Source of the DNA: Candidatus Latescibacterota bacterium
Lineage (GTDB): Bacteria; Latescibacterota; UBA2968
NCBI GenBank assembly: GCA_965208125.1
Contig: OZ242320.1
Location: forward strand, 640,001 to 704,000
Length of the DNA stretch: 64,000 bases
Direction of reading: 5' to 3'
Below the pieces are notes generated by a model that saw nothing but the letters and a program-made list of their open reading frames with translations, did not search any database and had not been told where the DNA came from. Made by a program: the position numbers and the translations under genes. Shown here one piece after another: positions 61,589 through 64,000 of the stretch; positions within the stretch are counted from its first letter, which is position 1, and the number at the start of each line of letters is the position of its first letter.

Positions 61589-63025
61589 TTATTTTCGTTC
61601 ACTTCTCACATAACGCGCCAGCAAGCTCAGATTCCGAATAAACGTGCGGCACGAAAGAACCTCAGCATCAAGGCGCTCGCGTCTATTCTCTGGATTCCTC
61701 AACGACCCCTGCTCGACCCAGCGCCCCCGGTCATCAAGCGCATCGATAACTTCTTTCACGCGATCATCACCGGGGCTGGTAACGCGTCCGCGCTCAGACA
61801 GAATCTTCTCCCGCCCCTCTGTCCTGATGCGATTGTACAGGGCCTCAGCCCTCTCAACCCGATTCCCACTCACCTTAAACGCATAATGCGTGGGCAGATC
61901 TGAATCGTCATACGTAAGCACATAATCGCGGGTAAAAAACAGCGGGCGATTGGTTTGGAGCTCGTAGAACCGCGCCAGGCGACCATTGGGCAGAAGCGAG
62001 CGCTTGGCCCAATCCAGCGCGCTGGGAATCGGATCCAAAAAGCGTTCCTCCCCAGTCGCCAAATACAAATCCAAAAGCACTTGCAAAACCCCAAAACTCT
62101 CGCCACCCGTAACAGCAGGCGGCTCAAAACGACGCGCCCAGGTCGGCTCCATATCCAAATTGTACTGCTGCGCCCACGCTGGCTGTGGCTCGGGCATCTG
62201 CGCCAGAATAATAAAATCGCCACCCCGTTTCGCCGCATCGAGATAGCGGTCATCCCCATAAATATCGTATGCCTCAACCATCGTCTCGATCACATCGGCA
62301 ATCGCATTATCGTTAAACGTATAATACTCCAAATACCGCGTATTGGGATAGGTCCGCGACCACGTTTTGGGATAACGCGCCTTCTTCACCGGAAATTTTT
62401 CCGGATCTGGAAAAACCTCAAACCGCTGCGGCCATGCCCCATTCGGATACTGAGCTTTAATCAGAGCATTAAGACCAAATAGCACCGCCGCATGAACCTC
62501 CCCATCCTCAAAATTTTGTACCTTATCGACCCGCATCAACAACTGCAACGCACTCTGCGTATTATTGTCGTCGAGCGTCGTGCGATTGCGGCGGTCCCCC
62601 GTATCAACGTCACCCCGTTCGACATCCCGCCGAAAGTGCCAGCGCTTACTTCCCTCCGCATCAAAATCAATCCGATAATCCCAACCCCCAGAAGCGAGTT
62701 GCCCCCAAACAAGCGCGCGCGCCGCCTCAACAGCACCATTGAGAAACAGCGTATCGCCCGTAGCCTCATACGCCTCCAAAAACGCCATACCCACAGCAGG
62801 CGTACCCGGCGGCTGCACCCAGATTGTCAAAGGCGACGCCGTACCCTCGCCCTCGCGCATAGAAAAATCGGTCTTATACCGCCACAAATAACCGCCATGA
62901 GTCGCAACATCGGTGCGAAAATAGCGAGTCGCCACAACCATGGCATCAATCGCAGCCCGATGAAGACTTTCATCAGCACTGAGCGGCGCACTAACCATCA
63001 TGAGCAAAACAAAAAATCTTTTCAT
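61589..63025 (-). CDS. Secreted PL10-like pectate lyase family protein
   Basis: TTLDDNNTQ, AQYPNGAWPQ, YTFNDN, WAQQYN, ARRFEP. Confidence 0.82.
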   Translation of the reverse strand: MKRFFVLLMMVSAPLSADESLHRAAIDAMVVATRYFRTDVATHGGYLWRYKTDFSMREGEGTASPLTIWVQPPGTPAVGMAFLEAYEATGDTLFLNGAVEAARALVWGQLASGGWDYRIDFDAEGSKRWHFRRDVERGDVDTGDRRNRTTLDDNNTQSALQLLMRVDKVQNFEDGEVHAAVLFGLNALIKAQYPNGAWPQRFEVFPDPEKFPVKKARYPKTWSRTYPNTRYLEYYTFNDNAIADVIETMVEAYDIYGDDRYLDAAKRGGDFIILAQMPEPQPAWAQQYNLDMEPTWARRFEPPAVTGGESFGVLQVLLDLYLATGEERFLDPIPSALDWAKRSLLPNGRLARFYELQTNRPLFFTRDYVLTYDDSDLPTHYAFKVSGNRVERAEALYNRIRTEGREKILSERGRVTSPGDDRVKEVIDALDDRGRWVEQGSLRNPENRRERLDAEVLSCRTFIRNLSLLARYVRSERK

Positions 63026-63047
63026 CTCGAACTCTTAAAAGAAGCGC

Positions 63048-63074
63048 GGGCGGGCACAGGGGCACCGCCCCTAC
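63048..63074. repeat. GTAG-family REP-like element
   Basis: Identical to 14561-14587. Confidence 0.8.
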
Positions 63075-63096
63075 AAACACTGGATCGCGGCTTTAA

Positions 63097-63231
63097 TCAT
63101 GCCGCGATGACAATAGCATGAACCTGCATATCAGATACAACACCAGCCACCAACCGCTGCAAGCTATCCCATTCATCCCCAGCGGTCAACCGCAAAATGC
63201 CCACATCAGTTGCGCTTTTAATCTTTAACAT
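63097..63231 (-). pseudogene. 44-aa ORF resembling an enoyl-CoA hydratase N-terminus
   Basis: MLKIKSATDVGILRLTAGDEWDSLQRLVAGVVSDMQVHAIVIAA*; compare VGHIRLN...W...DDAVRVIVL in 52698-53483. Confidence 0.4.
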
Positions 63232-63247
63232 GTAAATTTGAGACACA

Positions 63248-63895
63248 ATGGACATCCTCTACCTCGACAATCACCTGCTGGTCGTACGCAAACCCGCCGG
63301 CATGCTCGTACAGGGCAACCACACTCGCGACGAAAACTTGTTGGACATGGGCAAAGCCTATCTCAAAGTCAAATTCAACAAACCCGGCAACGTATTTCTC
63401 GGACTCGTACACCGACTGGACCGTCCTGTATCTGGCGTAGTCGTCTTTGCGCGCACATCGACATCAGCGCGCCGCTTATCGCAACAATTTCGAGAGCGAA
63501 CCGTTGAAAAACGCTATATCGCTCTCGTCCACGGCAAAACCCCCAAAAGTGGCCGTCTTATAAACCACATCGCGCGTCGGCAAACAAAAAGCCGCATCGT
63601 AAACGCCCCTCGCGGACAACGCGCAGAACTCACCTACGAACGACTGGCATACCACAAAGGCATATCCTCAGTCCGCGTGGACCTCGCCACCGGACGCCAT
63701 CATCAAATACGCGTACAATTCGCAGACATAGGCCACCCCGTATTGGGCGATTTTAAATACGGATCGCGCAAACCATTTCCCAACCGCACCATCGCCCTCC
63801 ACGCACAAAGCCTGACCATAATACACCCGACAAAAAAGGAACGCATGACCTTTGAAACCCGCCCAGAAACATTTTGGCCCAAATCTTTCACATAG
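63248..63895 (+). CDS. RluA-family pseudouridine synthase
   Basis: KPAG, VHRLDRPVSG, TGRHHQIR, GHPVLGD.KYG, ALHA. Confidence 0.93.
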   Translation: MDILYLDNHLLVVRKPAGMLVQGNHTRDENLLDMGKAYLKVKFNKPGNVFLGLVHRLDRPVSGVVVFARTSTSARRLSQQFRERTVEKRYIALVHGKTPKSGRLINHIARRQTKSRIVNAPRGQRAELTYERLAYHKGISSVRVDLATGRHHQIRVQFADIGHPVLGDFKYGSRKPFPNRTIALHAQSLTIIHPTKKERMTFETRPETFWPKSFT

Positions 63896-63915
63896 CTTTA
63901 GAGCACACCCCACTC

Positions 63916-64000
63916 ATGACCGAACAAATAACATATCGCAACCGCAAAACGGGCGAAATGATCTCCGAATCGCTCATATTGCCCCGCGTTCAATACGCTG
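63916..64000 (+). CDS. Gene start, possibly phosphatidylserine decarboxylase (truncated by window)
   Basis: MTEQITYRNRKTGEMISES...; only 28 codons visible. Confidence 0.35.
   Translation, partial: MTEQITYRNRKTGEMISESLILPRVQYA

Overview
64 kb bacterial chromosomal segment with about 55 genes. Its content resembles marine sponge-symbiont genomes such as Latescibacterota or Poribacteria (inference only): many TPR and ankyrin proteins, two sulfatases, CoA-transferases, a PhyH dioxygenase, orphan MacB-type permeases and a dockerin-like secreted protein. Housekeeping genes include eno, rfbA and an RluA-family synthase. Main observations: (1) Two genes split by the ORF caller read through an in-frame UGA at the catalytic Cys position, so they are probable selenoproteins. 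One is a secreted UxxC thioredoxin-fold protein fused to two Ig-like domains and a dockerin-like tail (631-1941), heading a same-strand redox/Cu-monooxygenase/aquaporin/ArsC cluster. The other is a tandem rhodanese (12731-13555). Both UGAs are followed by a near-identical GGGCGG-GT(C/A)-CCGC hairpin. (2) Four to five toxin-antitoxin or defence pairs appear to have lost the toxin/effector gene by internal deletion, leaving only its first or last codons beside the partner gene. (3) Unusual fusions (HTH-penicillin acylase, BNR-4 propeller-amidase) and a PhyH enzyme with a halogenase-type HxG motif. (4) A GTAG-type REP family, short tandem repeats and a pseudoknot-forming element. No rRNA, tRNA, CRISPR array or transposase was recognised. 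All family calls come from reading motifs, not from database searches.
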